NCBI GenBank assembly: GCA_963802945.1
Contig: CAWDKY010000018.1
Coordinates: 1-16,938 of the forward strand
Source of the DNA: an uncultured delta proteobacterium
GTDB lineage: Bacteria; Desulfobacterota; RBG-13-43-22
Direction: 5' to 3'
DNA: 16,938 bases
Part shown: positions 15,837 to 16,938 of the stretch, piece after piece
Position numbering within the stretch: position 1 is the stretch's first letter
Layout: every line of letters begins with the position of its first letter
Notes under the pieces: model-generated
Database searches by the model: none
What the model saw: only the letters and a program-made list of their open reading frames with translations
Told to the model about the DNA's origin: nothing
Made by a program: the position numbers and the translations under genes

Positions 15837-15917
15837 CGGACAGGATTCCCCAAAGATATTTTGGTAAACATGGTCTATCAACCTTTTTGAAAAACAGAGG
15901 ACTATAAGTTTTTACCG

Positions 15918-16382
15918 ATGCGTTTCTGGATTGCCCCTCATCTGGCCTTTTTGGTCCAATGGCTTCGTGTCCTGGGGGTTGATGTGCGTCTCTGGGACAA
16001 AGGGGTAATCCTTGGGCAAGAAGAAGAAACGGTTGTTCAATGGTTCCGTTATCCCTTATCCCTGGGAGGAATCCGGATCAACATCATTACCCTTTCCGCA
16101 TTCAGCCGGGAGGCACTTTTAAAAGAATTTTTTGAAGTCTTGGGTAATAAATCAAACTTAGCACAGATGTTTAAACGCTGTCTGCGTTGCAATACCCTGC
16201 TTATACCCCTGACCAGAGAAGAAGCTCAGCAAAAATGGCCTGAACTACCGGAATATGTACTCCAGACACAAGAACGTTTCAACTGGTGTCACCATTGCCG
16301 GAAGGTCTATTGGGCGGGTACTCATGTCCGGAATATGATTCGAACCCTGAAAGACTGGGGGATAATCCCCACGGTCTCTTAG
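15918..16382 (+). CDS. Mut7-C RNase domain protein (PIN-like plus Zn ribbon), degenerate N-terminal half
   Basis: L..WLRVLGVD, RCLRCN..L, PEYV, F.WCHHCRKVYWAGTH are characteristic of the Mut7-C family. Confidence 0.8.
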   Translation: MRFWIAPHLAFLVQWLRVLGVDVRLWDKGVILGQEEETVVQWFRYPLSLGGIRINIITLSAFSREALLKEFFEVLGNKSNLAQMFKRCLRCNTLLIPLTREEAQQKWPELPEYVLQTQERFNWCHHCRKVYWAGTHVRNMIRTLKDWGIIPTVS

Positions 16383-16433
16383 AATATTTTTTCGGTTTTT
16401 CAGGGGAAGCGAAGGACGTTAAGTAAAAATGGA

Positions 16434-16482
16434 TTCGTTAGGGTTTTTCTTTTGACGAATTCGTTAAAAAAGGTTAAATAAT
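16434..16482 (+). promoter_or_regulatory. Promoter/operator region of the enoyl-CoA hydratase gene
   Basis: TTCGTTAGGGTTTTT (16434-16448, copy 2); 20-bp near-palindrome TTTTGACGAATTCGTTAAAA (16450-16469) containing TTGACG (16452-16457); AATAAT at 16477-16482 (19-nt spacer). Confidence 0.55.
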
Positions 16483-16532
16483 AATTTTAAGAAAGCTTCA
16501 TTTTTTTATTAAATACTTATCAGGAGGCTGTT

Positions 16533-16938
16533 ATGAGCTATGAATTGATCAAGGTAGAGAAGAAAGACCATTTGACCATTGTAACCATTAATCGTCCCGA
16601 GGTTATGAATTCCATCAGTCCGCTGGTTAGTGCGGAAATGGATAGGGCCTTTAATGAGTTTGACCAGGATCCTGAAGCTTGGATCTGCATTATCACCGGG
16701 GCAGGGGATAAGGCCTTTTCCGCGGGTAATGATCTGAAATTTCAGGCCACACACGGATCGGAAAAAATGCGGGAAATCATGAAAGGGGTTAAAGGCGGTT
16801 TCGCCGGTAATACCCGAAGGTTCGATTGCTTTAAACCTTTTATTGCTGCCGTCAATGGTTTGGCCCTGGGTGGTGGATTCGAGATTGCCCTGGCCTGCGA
16901 TATCATCATTGCATCCGAAAATGCCAGCTTTGGTCTGC
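16533..16938 (+). CDS. Enoyl-CoA hydratase/crotonase-family protein (CaiD-like), truncated by window end; absent from the ORF track
   Basis: Manual translation: MSYELIKVEKKDHLTIVTINRPEVMNSI...IITGAGDKAFSAGNDLK...KPFIAAVNGLALGGGFEIALACDIIIASENASFGL. SD CAGGAGG at 16521-16527. Confidence 0.93.
   Translation, partial: MSYELIKVEKKDHLTIVTINRPEVMNSISPLVSAEMDRAFNEFDQDPEAWICIITGAGDKAFSAGNDLKFQATHGSEKMREIMKGVKGGFAGNTRRFDCFKPFIAAVNGLALGGGFEIALACDIIIASENASFGL

Noticed and set aside
15870-15890. In-frame mini-ORF MVYQPF-TGA upstream of Mut7-C (possible readthrough or selenocysteine)
   Set aside because: The domain begins naturally at ATG 15918 and no SECIS-like hairpin follows the TGA.
16509-16754. 81-aa minus-strand ORF from the track
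   Set aside because: Antisense to the real enoyl-CoA hydratase gene starting at 16533.

Overview
Chromosomal housekeeping/catabolic region, probably from a Desulfobacterota-type (deltaproteobacterial) genome (inferred from gene style), with all genes on the + strand and no mobile element, CRISPR array, tRNA or rRNA. It holds the 3' end of a biotin-dependent acyl-CoA carboxylase and a CBS+ACT (AcuB-like) gene with a long structured leader. Next is an 8-gene operon in which a Liv-type ABC transporter is interleaved with two different acyl-CoA ligases and a secreted LEA-2/WHy-like protein (livG - long-chain acyl-CoA synthetase - livH - livM - SBP - livF - LEA-2-like - PaaK-like). Then come rpoH (probably leaderless), a TPR lipoprotein, a LolB/DUF4292-like gene, an MdtG-like MFS exporter, a degenerate Mut7-C protein and the 5' part of an enoyl-CoA hydratase missing from the ORF track. 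The most interesting signals are the uptake-plus-activation operon with its LEA-2 accessory and non-canonical PaaK-like ligase, a 15-bp motif shared by two promoters 14.8 kb apart, two heptamer-repeat tracts at operon junctions, the AcuB leader, and a signal peptide that lacks a canonical start codon.
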